Below, piece by piece: positions 51,101-64,000 of a stretch of 64,000 nt of DNA (its first letter is position 1; each line of letters starts with the position of its first letter). A program made the position numbers and the translations under genes. The notes below the pieces were generated by a model, which saw nothing but the letters and a program-made list of their open reading frames with translations, made no database searches and was not told the origin of the DNA. The stretch is from contig CBFFRO010000022.1 of assembly GCA_965644265.1 (NCBI GenBank), positions 248,001 to 312,000 of the forward strand, given 5' to 3'. The stretch is from Glycera tridactyla. Lineage: Eukaryota.

Positions 51101-52494
51101 ATGAAGTGACTCCACTACTGAGCACCTCACAACCCTTGGTTGGAGTCCTCTCTGTGTGTGATCCACCCAATGGTGTTGGGATGCTTGCTTCATTTTCAGG
51201 TTCCTGTTTGAACAATGCAAATCTTTTAGTTCAATATCATCCCTTGGTCATCGAAACACACCCATGTATGTACAATCTGATAAAGATAACATCTATAAAT
51301 TTGGGCATTTCTTATTGGCGCCAATAATAGAATTATTTGTTTGGAGTAAACACCAAACAATTGTCCCAAAGTGTCCATTCACATTGAAATTGAGTGTAGT
51401 TTGGAGATTCTTCTCAGTTAGCATTACATAGCAGTGCCTTCTATGTGAAGTGTGCAGATCATGTATCAGATTTGTGTGCTGGTGCTATCAAGAAGCACTT
51501 CCCAGTCTTTTCAAAAGTGTAAAATTAATACCCATGAGCTGGTAACTAGAACGGCTCAGTCAGAATTGCTTTTGGTGAATTACTAGTTGATATTGGGGAA
51601 AATGGAATTTTGCGTATGCATAGATCTGATTTTATCATAATTCACATAAGTTGTGGAGGGCATCATCCTTTTATGAGGGTATTTTAGGTGCTCTGCCTGA
51701 GAGGCTGTGAAACTTTGCTGGAAGTATTTTGAATTCTGGATGAATTTGTAAAAGATTTGCATTGGAGCACGGGTTCCTGAAGTATGTTCTGTGAAATAAC
51801 TACTTTGCCTGATGAAAACTCTGCTTCATAGTTAACATGATTGTCCATAGATTTAAAAACAGACTGAACTCACAAGTTTCCATTTCTCTGCTAGAATCAT
51901 TTCACAGTTTTCTTCTTAGTGAAATAAAATCTGAATTTTGTGCCATACCAAGATGATGGACTTGAGAGACAAATGATCTCCATCTGAATTCATCTTCCTG
52001 GCAACATTTCTGAAATCATACTTTTCAGCATATTATAACCAAAAAGAATATGATTTTTCAGCATGTACATGTAGAATCCAAAACATGAGGTCAAAGGATC
52101 TCATAATGATAATTGTTTCCAGTTTCATAGAACACACTGGTTTACATTCAGCAATATTGCATTCATGTAAGCCATACAGGAAAACTGATACTGAACATCA
52201 TTCAAGAAGTTCTTTTAGTCGGGGAAATTGAAAATTTGATCATGAGTAGTTGGTTGATCTTTCCTAGATGTGCTTTGAAGTATTTCCTAGCAATAACAAA
52301 GTAATTTCTATATACAACTGGAGCTTTTATGCATTAAACTTTCAACACTTGTTCAACTCTGCTCAGATCTGCTTTGCTAGCTGTGTTTTCAATGAATGAG
52401 TGACTAGAGGGTATGTCTTGCTGATGATGTTTCCTTGTGATCGCTCTCCATCTACCGATTCTCCAAACTGATGAAATGTGAATTGTTCTTACAG

Positions 52495-52579
52495 TTGCTG
52501 GACACCCTCCCAGTGTGCAGAGATTTTAAGTCTGGACAGTGCAAGCGGCCACAATGCAAATATGTTCACCTTGTAGAAG
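52495..52579 (+). CDS. MBNL: Exon encoding an additional CCCH finger (LLDTLPVCRDFKSGQCKRPQCKYVHLVE), phase 0/1; absent from the ORF track
   Basis: Acceptor ttgttcttacag| at 52494 and strong donor AAG|gtgagt at 52580; CX7CX4CX3H preceded by the MBNL-type (L)xVC motif. Confidence 0.9.
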
Positions 52580-52734
52580 GTGAGTAAACATGAGATACTT
52601 GTGTATAATCGTGCATACATGCATACAGTAGATATGATTTGTTGTTATTACATCATCTCAATACTCATTGATGTTTTTTTCTCACTCATCAAATCATATT
52701 CATCGATTGTGATTCAGAATTATATCCACATGCA

Positions 52735-52739
52735 CACCC

Positions 52740-52803
<64 letters not shown>
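52735..52803. repeat. (CA)n microsatellite
   Basis: Directly visible. Confidence 0.95.
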
Positions 52804-52804
<1 letters not shown>

Positions 52805-52989
52805 TTTTTTTAGTGATAGAAATCATGTCAGAGACATATTTCCAGATTGTACTGGCAACAGGTCCATGAAATGTGTTCCAAATGCCCAAATTATTTTTTG
52901 GCTTGTATGGGATTTGAACCATCAACCTTCCAGTTTGGCACCCTCGCCAGCAACAAACTGCCAACGCTCTTGTCCTCTGCCCCACGGCA

Positions 52990-53853
52990 NNNNNNNNNNN
53001 NNNNNNNNNNNNNNNNNNNNNNNNNNNNNNNNNNNNNNNNNNNNNNNNNNNNNNNNNNNNNNNNNNNNNNNNNNNNNNNNNNNNNNNNNNNNNNNNNNNN
53101 NNNNNNNNNNNNNNNNNNNNNNNNNNNNNNNNNNNNNNNNNNNNNNNNNNNNNNNNNNNNNNNNNNNNNNNNNNNNNNNNNNNNNNNNNNNNNNNNNNNN
53201 NNNNNNNNNNNNNNNNNNNNNNNNNNNNNNNNNNNNNNNNNNNNNNNNNNNNNNNNNNNNNNNNNNNNNNNNNNNNNNNNNNNNNNNNNNNNNNNNNNNN
53301 NNNNNNNNNNNNNNNNNNNNNNNNNNNNNNNNNNNNNNNNNNNNNNNNNNNNNNNNNNNNNNNNNNNNNNNNNNNNNNNNNNNNNNNNNNNNNNNNNNNN
53401 NNNNNNNNNNNNNNNNNNNNNNNNNNNNNNNNNNNNNNNNNNNNNNNNNNNNNNNNNNNNNNNNNNNNNNNNNNNNNNNNNNNNNNNNNNNNNNNNNNNN
53501 NNNNNNNNNNNNNNNNNNNNNNNNNNNNNNNNNNNNNNNNNNNNNNNNNNNNNNNNNNNNNNNNNNNNNNNNNNNNNNNNNNNNNNNNNNNNNNNNNNNN
53601 NNNNNNNNNNNNNNNNNNNNNNNNNNNNNNNNNNNNNNNNNNNNNNNNNNNNNNNNNNNNNNNNNNNNNNNNNNNNNNNNNNNNNNNNNNNNNNNNNNNN
53701 NNNNNNNNNNNNNNNNNNNNNNNNNNNNNNNNNNNNNNNNNNNNNNNNNNNNNNNNNNNNNNNNNNNNNNNNNNNNNNNNNNNNNNNNNNNNNNNNNNNN
53801 NNNNNNNNNNNNNNNNNNNNNNNNNNNNNNNNNNNNNNNNNNNNNNNNNNNNN
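52990..53853. other. Assembly gap in the intron between the two fingers of the extra pair
   Basis: N characters. Confidence 1.
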
Positions 53854-54018
53854 GGTTTCATACAGGGTTTGAACCCACAACCACAGCCAGCAACACACTG
53901 CCAGCTCTCGTGACTGCTACACAACCAAGTGCCCCTTCCCCACAAACACATCTGGAATTTACTAGGTGTATCAGTGATGAACAGTGCTTCTATTATTGGA
54001 TGTTTTATCTCATTTCAG

Positions 54019-54137
54019 ATTATGTAGAAGTTTTGGACGGCAAAGTAACAGTATGCCGAGATGCGGCAAAAGGGAAATGCTCTCGTGCCATGTGCAAGTA
54101 TTATCATATACCAATACTGCCGCATCTACTTATCTAG
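54019..54137 (+). CDS. MBNL: Terminal coding exon with the second finger of the extra pair ((D)YVEVLDGKVTVCRDAAKGKCSRAMCKYYHIPILPHLLI*)
   Basis: Acceptor ttttatctcatttcag| at 54018; g+at=GAT joins the phase-1 donor at 52579. CX7CX4CX3H preceded by VTVC as in MBNL even-numbered fingers; TAG at 54135-54137. Confidence 0.9.
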
Positions 54138-56257
54138 CCCGTTTCTCATCTTGTTGAATTATATTCCTGCAGGAATCAACTCAGTCCATCATGCGCCATG
54201 AGTTAGGTTGATGGATCGGAATACATTTTGACATAAGCTTTAATATGAACCTGGTTTCAGTCACTTCCTATCATTAGGCGTCATGGATATGTCTTGTTAA
54301 ATGTTGGTGAATTAAGTACAACCGGTGTCATATTCTTCATGAGGAATTGGGCTACATAGTACACACATCCATGATGATGTCCCACGACGCTAGTGACACT
54401 GTCAAGAAGGATGACGACATGTTATCTTCTGTAACAGCGGGAGCAGCACAATCTGCGATATTGGACCAGCACAAAGTGTGATTTCAACTTCCATGTAGAT
54501 TATTGTAGAATGTCAGTACTTCCTGTCTATGTCTGATACTAAATAGTCCAACTATGACCGACCCTGCACCCCACTAGTGTCACTGTCCAATGTTGTTTCC
54601 ACTGTTGCACTGGGGATTGATACAGACAGCTTTCTTCCACAGTCCAGACGGGAATAAGGTGTTGTACCTATCTCCATATATATGTTGTTATCAGTCCCTT
54701 AGGACATTAAAACTACCACCGAGGACAAGAACAGCAATCTTCGAAGTGAAATGTTGTGGGTCAACTTATTAAGGTGTGTGTACATGAGATATATTCCAAA
54801 ACTTCACATAAATTTGTATATGTATTTTTTTAATTTCGTTTTTTGACATCATGTTAGTTTTGAGATTTGATTTATACACTGATTTTATGACATGTTAATT
54901 GAAAAGCAAGCTGGTCGGATTTTATACACAGAAGGACTGCCCAGTAGATGGCACTGTTTCCGGGCCAGAACATTGATCACCGGTAAGCTGAGAAGCACTG
55001 TCTTGTGCAGTCTTTGTCTCTGCGTTTTGGTGCTTATTTGTTTTACATGTTACATATGGTGCAAAAATTCTACAACAGAAATGGTGCCTTGTGTGCTTAA
55101 AAACTGACCGATGCTATTGAAGGATTTGTACTGATTGCAAGTGAAGCAGTTTGTCATAACTGCTCAGTGCAAAAATCACTTCACGGAGATAGCAGGTTGT
55201 AGTGATTTGATGAGATCTTGTTGATGTGTGAAAACAGACTCGTGACCTGAATATCGGACTGCGATTTGGTCAGGTCAGTTGCTTCATCAGGTGCAAGGCA
55301 ACAGCATCGAGTGAGGAGGTGGTCAAAGTGGATCATTTGTATAAACTATCTGCGATCAGATCTTTAGTGTGCCATATTCTATGTACAAGTGCAGATTCTA
55401 TTGAAACCATTTTTGTGTTTTCATGAGGCCTTTTAAAGGTTATATATGTATATTTCCCAGTTTCCGTTGGTTAAGTTTCTTATCCTTGGATTTTGGCATT
55501 AGCAAATATACTTAGACTTAAAGTAATCTTGTGTATTTTAGTGACTGTATATGGGAAACCATTTACCTTAAGGCGTAGATAGCTACATGTAAAATGTTGG
55601 ACATATACATATAAATATATATGAAATATACATATTCAAGCATTTCTCTTCCAAATCATAACCCTTTTCAGAGGGCTGTGAATGTTGTTTTACCTTCTAT
55701 TCAATGGAGGACTTTGTATTGGTCCCCATAGTTTCTCTCATATATTATGCATTGTCAACCTTAGATACCTTTGTGATGGGTGTTTCTATGGTAATTATAT
55801 TCATCATACTAATATGTTAACCTCTTTGTCTCTCCCATACTTTGCTGGTATAGGTTTGAACAAATTCTGTTGTGATATGAAAATAATTCCCATTAGGCAT
55901 AGCCACGTGACCTTCCTCATACACATAATTTTAATATATTTTGCTATAGATTGTTTGCTAGTGCCCATCATATGATATTATCATATCATGATATTATCAT
56001 AGAAAAATACCATCAAGAAAGATTCAAGTCCCCTGATATGGAAGATTGATTTGAGAAAAATCTGTTGTGCCTAATCCAGTACCTTTATTGCTTACCATAA
56101 TCAATATGGCACTATTTGATTGGCACAATGTTAGGATATGAAATTCCATCCGTTATTACTGGGGTATGATTCTTTACACCTATACAACTTACATATGGCT
56201 TTTCATAGCTTGCACTGATTTGAGAATTGGTGTTTGTATATTGGTATGATGAATGTA

Positions 56258-56263
56258 AATAAA
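56258..56263 (+). terminator. Candidate polyadenylation signal AATAAA for the muscleblind transcript, overlapping a Pumilio-type TGTAAATA (56254-56261)
   Basis: First AATAAA I found after the 54137 stop; a variant ATTAAA lies at 54706. Use is unproven. Confidence 0.3.
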
Positions 56264-59200
56264 CGTTATGTGATACATACTGTCCCCAGAAATGAATGAG
56301 AGCATGGACTGTGCATCGCCACTGACTACGAATTTTCAGTCACATCATGTGCACATTCACAGACAGGAGCTTTTTTCTGAACTGCTTTGGGAGGGTTTCC
56401 TCTGCAGATGAAGATATTGCTGATGCGATGTGATGGTGTAAAGTGTGGTGAATTTGTGGTCAGATGCTCTGCGAGCACATCAGGGGGCTAGCTACCTACT
56501 GGTAACACACTAGCATTAGTTTTCTTATCTCTGTCCTCCTCCCTCTAGATAATCAGTGGTCTTATATGAATATACCTGTTGATATGTGTATATGTGTCAC
56601 GTCTACGTATATATACATATCTGATGAAATAGCACAGTGATTCAAATCAGATTTTGTCCTCAATGTCAAAACTTGCATGTATCCATTCAAGTATCTGGTA
56701 TGATTCATGCAGCATGTGTTTTGATGGGTATCATTTCTTATTCCAGTGTCAGTACTGTACGAAGTACATTGTCTAGTGTGTTTTGTTCTTATTTTTTTTT
56801 CCATATTTTTGCATGATGGAATCATGATGGATAGACTGTTTTCTTGATTACAAGAAAGTAAAACCACCAAAGCCATTATCATATGAAAGTCGTGTTCCTA
56901 TAGGTAACATCCTACCAAACCATCTGCATGATACATTGGCATCACTATTTGATTTTACATAAATTTAAGATGAGATAGACATGCCTCTACGATGGCAAGT
57001 GATACATCTCCAGGTGTGTGTTTGTGTGTACATGTTTTTCACACATTGTGCATGCACACACTCATCCACCCACACCAATACACATGTCTCGCGTATATAC
57101 AACTCAATAACTCACAGACACACACATACATACATGTTTTGACATGACACTCAGTTGGATAACTGTGCTATTCTTAACAGTAGTGTTTGGACAATACCTT
57201 GGGGTGCTTATAAGTGATAGACAATTCTGTGATTCTATTTTCTAAGTGTTCATAGCTCGATTGAGAAACAAAGATAAAAAGTATCTGTCAGCACCTGTGG
57301 TGTTTGTTTAGAGTCCAGAGCTGTTGAGTGACCACGTTCGACAATCCCAAATCATCAGTTGGTCATTTTTGACGTCTGTGGCCAACTTGCACCATTAGGT
57401 GCCAAAACCATTTGTTGTCATTTCATATATTTCTCACTGTAAACTATGTAAACGGTTATACATATTATACATGTCATTGTAATTGTGTGCTAATCATGTT
57501 ACGAATGTTGTCTGTGGCATTTAATCATCTGGCCCCCACCCTTGACTCCCCAAATGTGAGTTCATGGTCTCTCATCTCAGTAATAGTCACATCCCTTCCA
57601 TGCTTGGAGATTTGCTTCCCTAAGTAGAATCACATCAACTCATCATTGGCATCAATGAATTGGAAAGTTAGGAAAGTATTCCAATCCTTGCAATTATTTC
57701 CGTTTGGCTTGCGATGCAACTGTTCCCCATTCAGCTCGGTTCAGAATTTCCATCATTAACACTCATTTTTCAGAATGAATCACTACTCGATTCAGAATTT
57801 GTACATGTAAGATACAAAACCAAAACTGAGTGAGTATAGAAGGGTGTGAAAATTATTGATTAATAACTATTATTGTAAAACTGTCCTTATATAAAACTGT
57901 TGTCTAGTGTTCTCTAGATCTGTATCATCACAACGAAATGTTCATATTAAGTCTGGGGAGAGGTATCACCCGTGATAGATGTGAATTTTTTCCGGGGGTA
58001 TCTAATGTGCCGAGTGTCTACTGAGAGTTTCATTGAAAAACCCTCAGAGGACAGCAAAGATGTCAAGCAGTGTTAACCCAAAAGTGCCAGGTATATGCCC
58101 ATGATTATTTAAGAAAAAATCTTTGGCAGAGATGTTGAAAATTACCAGCTGTTTATTTTAGTTGTAAAGTCTGAGTTGTAGTATTGTATGTTTTGGATCT
58201 TGTCTTGAAATAGTTATACACCTCTGTTAGATTTAACTAGTGAGTTAGCATGTGGGTTAGCTACTACTATTACTACTACAGAAGGGAATTGACAGTTGGG
58301 GAGAAGATGATGTAATCTTAAGTGCCATTTTACAGAGGCAACATGCTGATTGAGCGTGGCCCCCTGTGTGCCATCAATGATGTATTGAGAATTGGACCAT
58401 GTACAATTTAGGCAAAATGAGACAGAACATCATGACAGCATTGATGATGAGTGCACAAGTTTCACGCAGAGTAGTTCTAATCTAGGGGGCATGTTCATTT
58501 GTCATGTTAGCATTGAGAGGAAGCATTCTGGGCCAACTGAGTAGACAGTACCCCTTTATTGAAACTATGTGATGGATTTATTAGACATATCATGAATGTA
58601 TTTCCCTCATATGAACCTCAAAAATGCATCCTCATCTTGGAGGTTCCTGTGAAAGGTTAGCCATTTTGCACACATCAATATCTATACTTCATTATGGTCA
58701 AATGGACACAGAATCAAGAAAAAACTCCTGGGAGAATCTTTCAGGTTTTATTTGTTGATCATAATACTTGACTCAAATCTTCACAAGAGTTGTTTCTTCA
58801 GCACGAAGATTGCTGCATTTCCCTGAACTTCTTGCCTGATTTTGTGTCAGTGATTTCTTCTCATTTCTATGCATATGAAACAGGCCTAGTTGCCTTTCAG
58901 ACCAATCCTTGAGTTACCTACAAATACTGAAGTGCAACTGGTGTGTGCTTGCATTTGCATATGAATCCGAGAGGAAACCATTGCATTTGACCCTTCTGTG
59001 TACATCACCCAATATCCCCATGTTCGTAGATATCTCCATGTTTATTCATGCACCGTAGACGATAGAAATTTTTAGACATTTTACAAATTTTCAAAGAAAA
59101 TCAAGTTGTAAGAAAAGACAAATTGAGCAACCTGTCCAGATTTCCACAGGCAAGTTTCTCCTAGTTAACTGTCTGATACATACCCAGCAAAGGCAACTAT

Positions 59201-62200
59201 GAGCTGATTCTACCGGTGTCATGTTCTGATGAATGATGATTTACATACTCCAGTCAGGATAGATCATTCAAGTTTGTTCTTTAAAATTTCCATCACATTC
59301 TATGAGATGATTTCTGATTTTTTGAGAACATACAGGGAAATATGCAAATGTAAAGCTTCAAATATCGTATGCCAGGAAGTAGACAGAATATTGTGTTCAA
59401 TTCGATAAACCAACAGGTTGTTGCAGGTGAAATAATGAGATCAGTTGCATCATTGTTGCATTATAAATCCGGACATGACATGAGGCAGTGTGACACATAT
59501 TCAGATATTGGATACATGCACATCATTCCACTAAATGTGATCATATAACTACTGAACTACACCATCAGTTAGTTGGGTGAAAGAAATAGCACCTTCATCT
59601 CTTGAATATCACATCTTTGTCACTGTTTATACACCATAAAGTGACACCTGCAGTTTGAGTTTTTGAATTGGCAACAGTCATCACCAGAATGACCTGCATA
59701 TATTTTTAATTAATTTTCATTCTGTTTTGAAATGATGTAAATAATCAGAAAAAGAGGCATATTCCTGCATTCAACAGAACAAATTCAGCCTTCAAGGTGC
59801 CTATGGTGGGTATATATGCAGTGCTCAGAATTCTTCATATCATCACACATTTTTGTTGCTATGGTGATCATAAGTGTGATTGGAGAATGAATAATTCTAA
59901 TCACTGTAGAAGGGATGTAAGTTAGTGTTATCACATGTATTGTTCTTTATATTTTAATCCATATATGTTAGTTGATATTTTTATGTGGATAAACGAAATG
60001 AGTTGATTGTATGTTGGAAACGAAAAAGAAAACAAAGTTGGAGTATTCACATAATTTTTGTGATATTTTATTATTACTGGTTGTGTCACACAATAACGAT
60101 AATATATAGATAGTGTATTGAAGGTTCTTTCTCTAGGTTAGAATTTTGTGAGCAGCTCTTGGTTTCTCAGTTTCTGTTGTCTCCTAAGGTTTATGTTGGG
60201 GATGCGTTTATGTCTCCCGCACATTTTATATAAATGTTGTAAGTTGAACTTACAGTTAGTTACCCTGCTCAACATATACCACAGATCTGTCAAAAGTGTG
60301 TTAATATGTACGTCACAAGCATCCACGGTATGCATAAATCCACAGCATAACAACCAGTTAAGCAGTAGACTTCACAGATTTTGCCCAATATTTTAGCACT
60401 AGTCAGAACACCGACAAGTGGCTTCAGAAAAAGCTTGCTTGTTTTTATCCTGATGAAGTTCAACTATTTTATCAATAAGTGCCATTTCTGTAAGTCTAAT
60501 GATATTTATCACATGCAGTGAATAATTTGTTGGCTCAAAACCAAGTACAACCATCTGTGAAATATTTTCATATAGGAAATACAAAGCAGTGTCTTTCTCA
60601 CTCTGTTGCCATATTTGAACTGGACTACTTTCCAAATTAGCATGCATGTATATAGAGCTCTTTTCATGAAAGTCTCCATGGAATGCATAATAGCTGAATA
60701 TGGATGGATGTGATGCCATTTTTGCACTCCCCTGATCGATCTAAAACCACACGTCATATACAATAAATCTTTAAAGTCTACCGTGATGTCATGATGACAT
60801 GGTTTTTAGAAGAGATGTCGATTTTTCCATTTGTATTTTTACCAGTATATCATTTATTCAAATGTTAGTGCCATATTTGCATGTGTGTATCATATACTGG
60901 GCTATATTTATATTCATATGTCATTGTGATTGAGATATTTTCACTGTAGTTATCCATATACATATAACTATGTACTCTTTTGTCATTGTTATCTGAGGTT
61001 TACAAACAGTTAGGAGGTTGTTCCATCAAAATCATTTTGGAGGCCATTTTTTCTTACTTTGGAATTTATCACTTCCAATCGTGTAGTATCCTTATATTCA
61101 ATTCGGGCATCATCTCCATAAGTCAAATGGTGGTTTTAGGCTAATGTATTTCAAGAAGTAAAGAAATACTCATTGTTCAGTTCACAACACCCACTGATTT
61201 GATTCTACTAGATTGTGCATATTTTATATTTTTATATATGATTTGCAGCAAAATGAAAACATCAGAGAACATATAAAATATGTGTTTCATTTTCATGAGC
61301 CTTGCTGAGCATCTGTGTAGGATGAAAATGAATGCCTATCATGCCTCAATTTTCCAATCTCATTTGGAATTTTTAAGTGCCGGCCTTTTCTCAGTATCAG
61401 TATGTGAGAAAAATTTGTTTTGGAAGAAAATTTGAGATTAGGATTTTTCTGCATCCATTCCATGGATAAGTAGGATATTCTTTTCGTCAATTGTCGGTGT
61501 ATTACTGCATATGCAGGGCTCATATACCACATATCACTTCTTACTTCTTACTTTTGAACCTATTGTCATATTATGCACAAAGTTGAAAAACGATTGCAGT
61601 GCCATACGAGAACCTGTGCTTCATCATTGGAGAAGATGGATTATTTTCTGTCAGATGGACTTGAGACTTTCTATGAAATTGGTCTTCCATGTAACCAAGA
61701 TTTTATCTGTCTTTGGAGCCATCAATAGGCAGTGTACAAACCAAAATAACGATGTTGGTCAGGTTGTTTGAACATGTTTGAAGAATTCCAGCAGCATTCT
61801 GGTGATGTTAATGGTGGTTAGGTGATATATGTTGAGCAGAGTACAGGGAAAGGGAGAATTGTGTGTGCGTGTGTGTGCGTGTAAATATATATATATATTG
61901 TCTTGCAGCTCTTTTCATATGTGTTATGTCACTACTGTAAACTAACCAACAATTTCATTTTATGGCTGGGTGAAAAAAAAAGATATACTCCATACTCTAG
62001 TTGGTCATTGCCAGTGTATGCTCCACTTGTGGCTGATTTGTGGGATGAAGGTTGCTTAATGAGACCTGCCAGAAAAAGTTTGTATTCTTATTATATTGTG
62101 TTTTTTTTTCTTATATTGGTACCTGTTTCATCTGGAAACTACACATAAAAATGCTCTTCAAGGCATCAGCAGACCCTCATATCATTGTGCTCTTCATCAA

Positions 62201-64000
62201 AATGTTTAGAAAAATTGCCGAGGTATCATGTTGATTGAACATGCCTGTGAGATCTCCTTCATATTCATTGTAATTTGATGAAAAACCGTGGCACAGACTC
62301 GATTTGGCCAGTGACAAACTTCAGCAGATATGAGTGGACAGTGGCTGAAACTATCCGTGGCTGCCATCCACAACTACTTTCACATAGATGTTTCTTGCAT
62401 TCAAATACCTATGATGGTGCTTACTTTAGTTGATATCGATGACTTCTCTCCTTGGACTAGTTGATAACTGTATGGTGCTTGTACTGAAATTCCAGTGATT
62501 GTTTGTTAATGGCTTATACAGTCTCAGGATGAGGCACATGTGGAGCATATACCTGCAAGGATCTGACAAGGGTTTTTAGTTCAGTTGTGTTCTGTTGATA
62601 CAATTATATACTGTATATGTGTGTGTATATCTATAATTGAGCGTACTCTCTGAATGGCGGGCGTGTCAAACACGACGCATCATTCTTAACTCTGTTACAG
62701 TCGTTGTTATTCCAGATTGGATTTGTTTATTTTTTAACAAAGGTATAGAACAGACATGAAATGTACTGTTAATTGCCATGTATAGGATAAATGATGATAA
62801 TGATACTGATGATAAGGTGACACTGTTATCATAATCATGATGTTGATTGCCTGTTTGGGCTTATGGTGCTCCAAGGCTTTAGTGGCTTCTGATCGATCGG
62901 CAGACCATGCCTATGATGCTCCTCTCTCTGATTTATGACATTGCATATAGGGATATTCATGAATGGGGCTCAAAATATCAGCAGAACACTTAGACTTCAT
63001 CTCTGAGTGACATCCAGAGCAGGTGCTTATAGGTTAAAAGAAAAGTAGGAAATTTATTTGCTGGACAATTGGTTGCAATCACAGTGCAGGGGAAATTATG
63101 GAAATGTTAATCAAAGGAAGTCATTTCCCTGAAAAGCTGTCCACACAGTGGGTACTGATTCATATTACTGTTTGCAGGCATATTGCTAATTTAGGTATGA
63201 TTTGGCCATAGTCCTCATTACATGTTACGCTCATTATGTCACCAGGAATTTTCTCATGACAACTTAGAATAGCACAGCCACGGCAAAAGTAACAAACAAT
63301 CAACTGCTTAGAGATTGGCCATGAAAGCCTAACGATGGTCATTATTGTCTGTGCAAATGAGTGAATCAATCCATTGATGGTATGGCATGTCATCCATTGC
63401 AACAGTCATGAATTCAGTAAACCACACTGGGTGTGGCAGATTTCTAGTGAATGATTTGTCAGATGGTGTCGAAAATGTTATATTTGTATTGGTGCTGAAT
63501 AATGGTCAACATTGCATGAAATCATTCTGGGAGTGCAAGCAGACATATGTTTTGGCTGGAAGATTATGTGCTTTTTGGTAGTCCATTGTCTATGCCGATA
63601 TCCCATGAATCTCAGGAGAGAGTTAGAGAATTCCATATCTGTAATGGCATTCACGAAGCTATGCAGATCATCAGAAGTCACTGCTTAATTTGATGGTTAA
63701 AAACTCATATTGGCACATTCTTGTGAATACATGGAGGATGGGCCTGTATGATGCCTCCATCAATATCATGGCCATTTCCACTTGCAGCAGGGTGATAGTG
63801 ACAGCATTCCAGATACACAGTGATTCACATGGAACAGATAGTCCCTAGACAGAATCTCCCACATGCATCTTTGAATATGCCGAATGGCATTATTGGAAAA
63901 TGAGTATTCTTTGATTGTACCAAGAGACCAATACATTTGCTTCATAAGTTACGTTTAAGAAATGTGTTGAAAAATTCAACAATTCTGATACAAGTCTTCT

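Noticed and set aside
52900-52990. tRNA gene on the minus strand
   Set aside because: Only a B-box-like motif is present; no cloverleaf can be drawn.
46835-54137. Long ORFs in the supplied track (247-423 aa) and the gap-spanning ORFs near 1106-1422
   Set aside because: Their length comes from N runs and TG/CA microsatellites; only the last 119 nt of the 52866-54137 ORF is a real exon.

Overview
AT-rich, CpG-depleted invertebrate animal DNA with five assembly gaps; the taxon cannot be fixed from this window alone. It holds the 3' part of one large + strand muscleblind (MBNL/mbl) gene; the first exons, with the expected ZnF1/2, lie upstream. Seven exons (14766-14963, 23392-23724, 34860-34931, 42600-42759, 48100-48197, 52495-52579, 54019-54137) join with compatible splice phases into a 1065-nt frame (354 aa plus stop). 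That frame encodes a linker ending RADRLE, the ZnF3/4-type tandem CCCH pair, a KKRPR NLS cassette exon, an exon-6-like segment and an extra C-terminal CCCH pair. The most interesting signal is an apparent autoregulatory splicing system: (i) an MBNL1 exon-5-like NLS exon whose YGCY-rich flanks resemble the vertebrate ultraconserved element; (ii) a 98-nt YGCY-flanked exon acting as a frame switch; (iii) a dual-frame exon giving either an extra zinc-finger pair or a short IAGHPPSVQRF* tail; (iv) an AG|GTATGT dual/recursive splice site in front of ZnF3/4; (v) a candidate 8-nt microexon. Introns carry a Helentron-associated (DINE/HINE-like) element with about ten 145-bp tandem repeats, a TA-flanked MITE and microsatellites. 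No rRNA, intact tRNA or CRISPR array is supported. Comparisons to human and insect sequences are from memory and need alignment.
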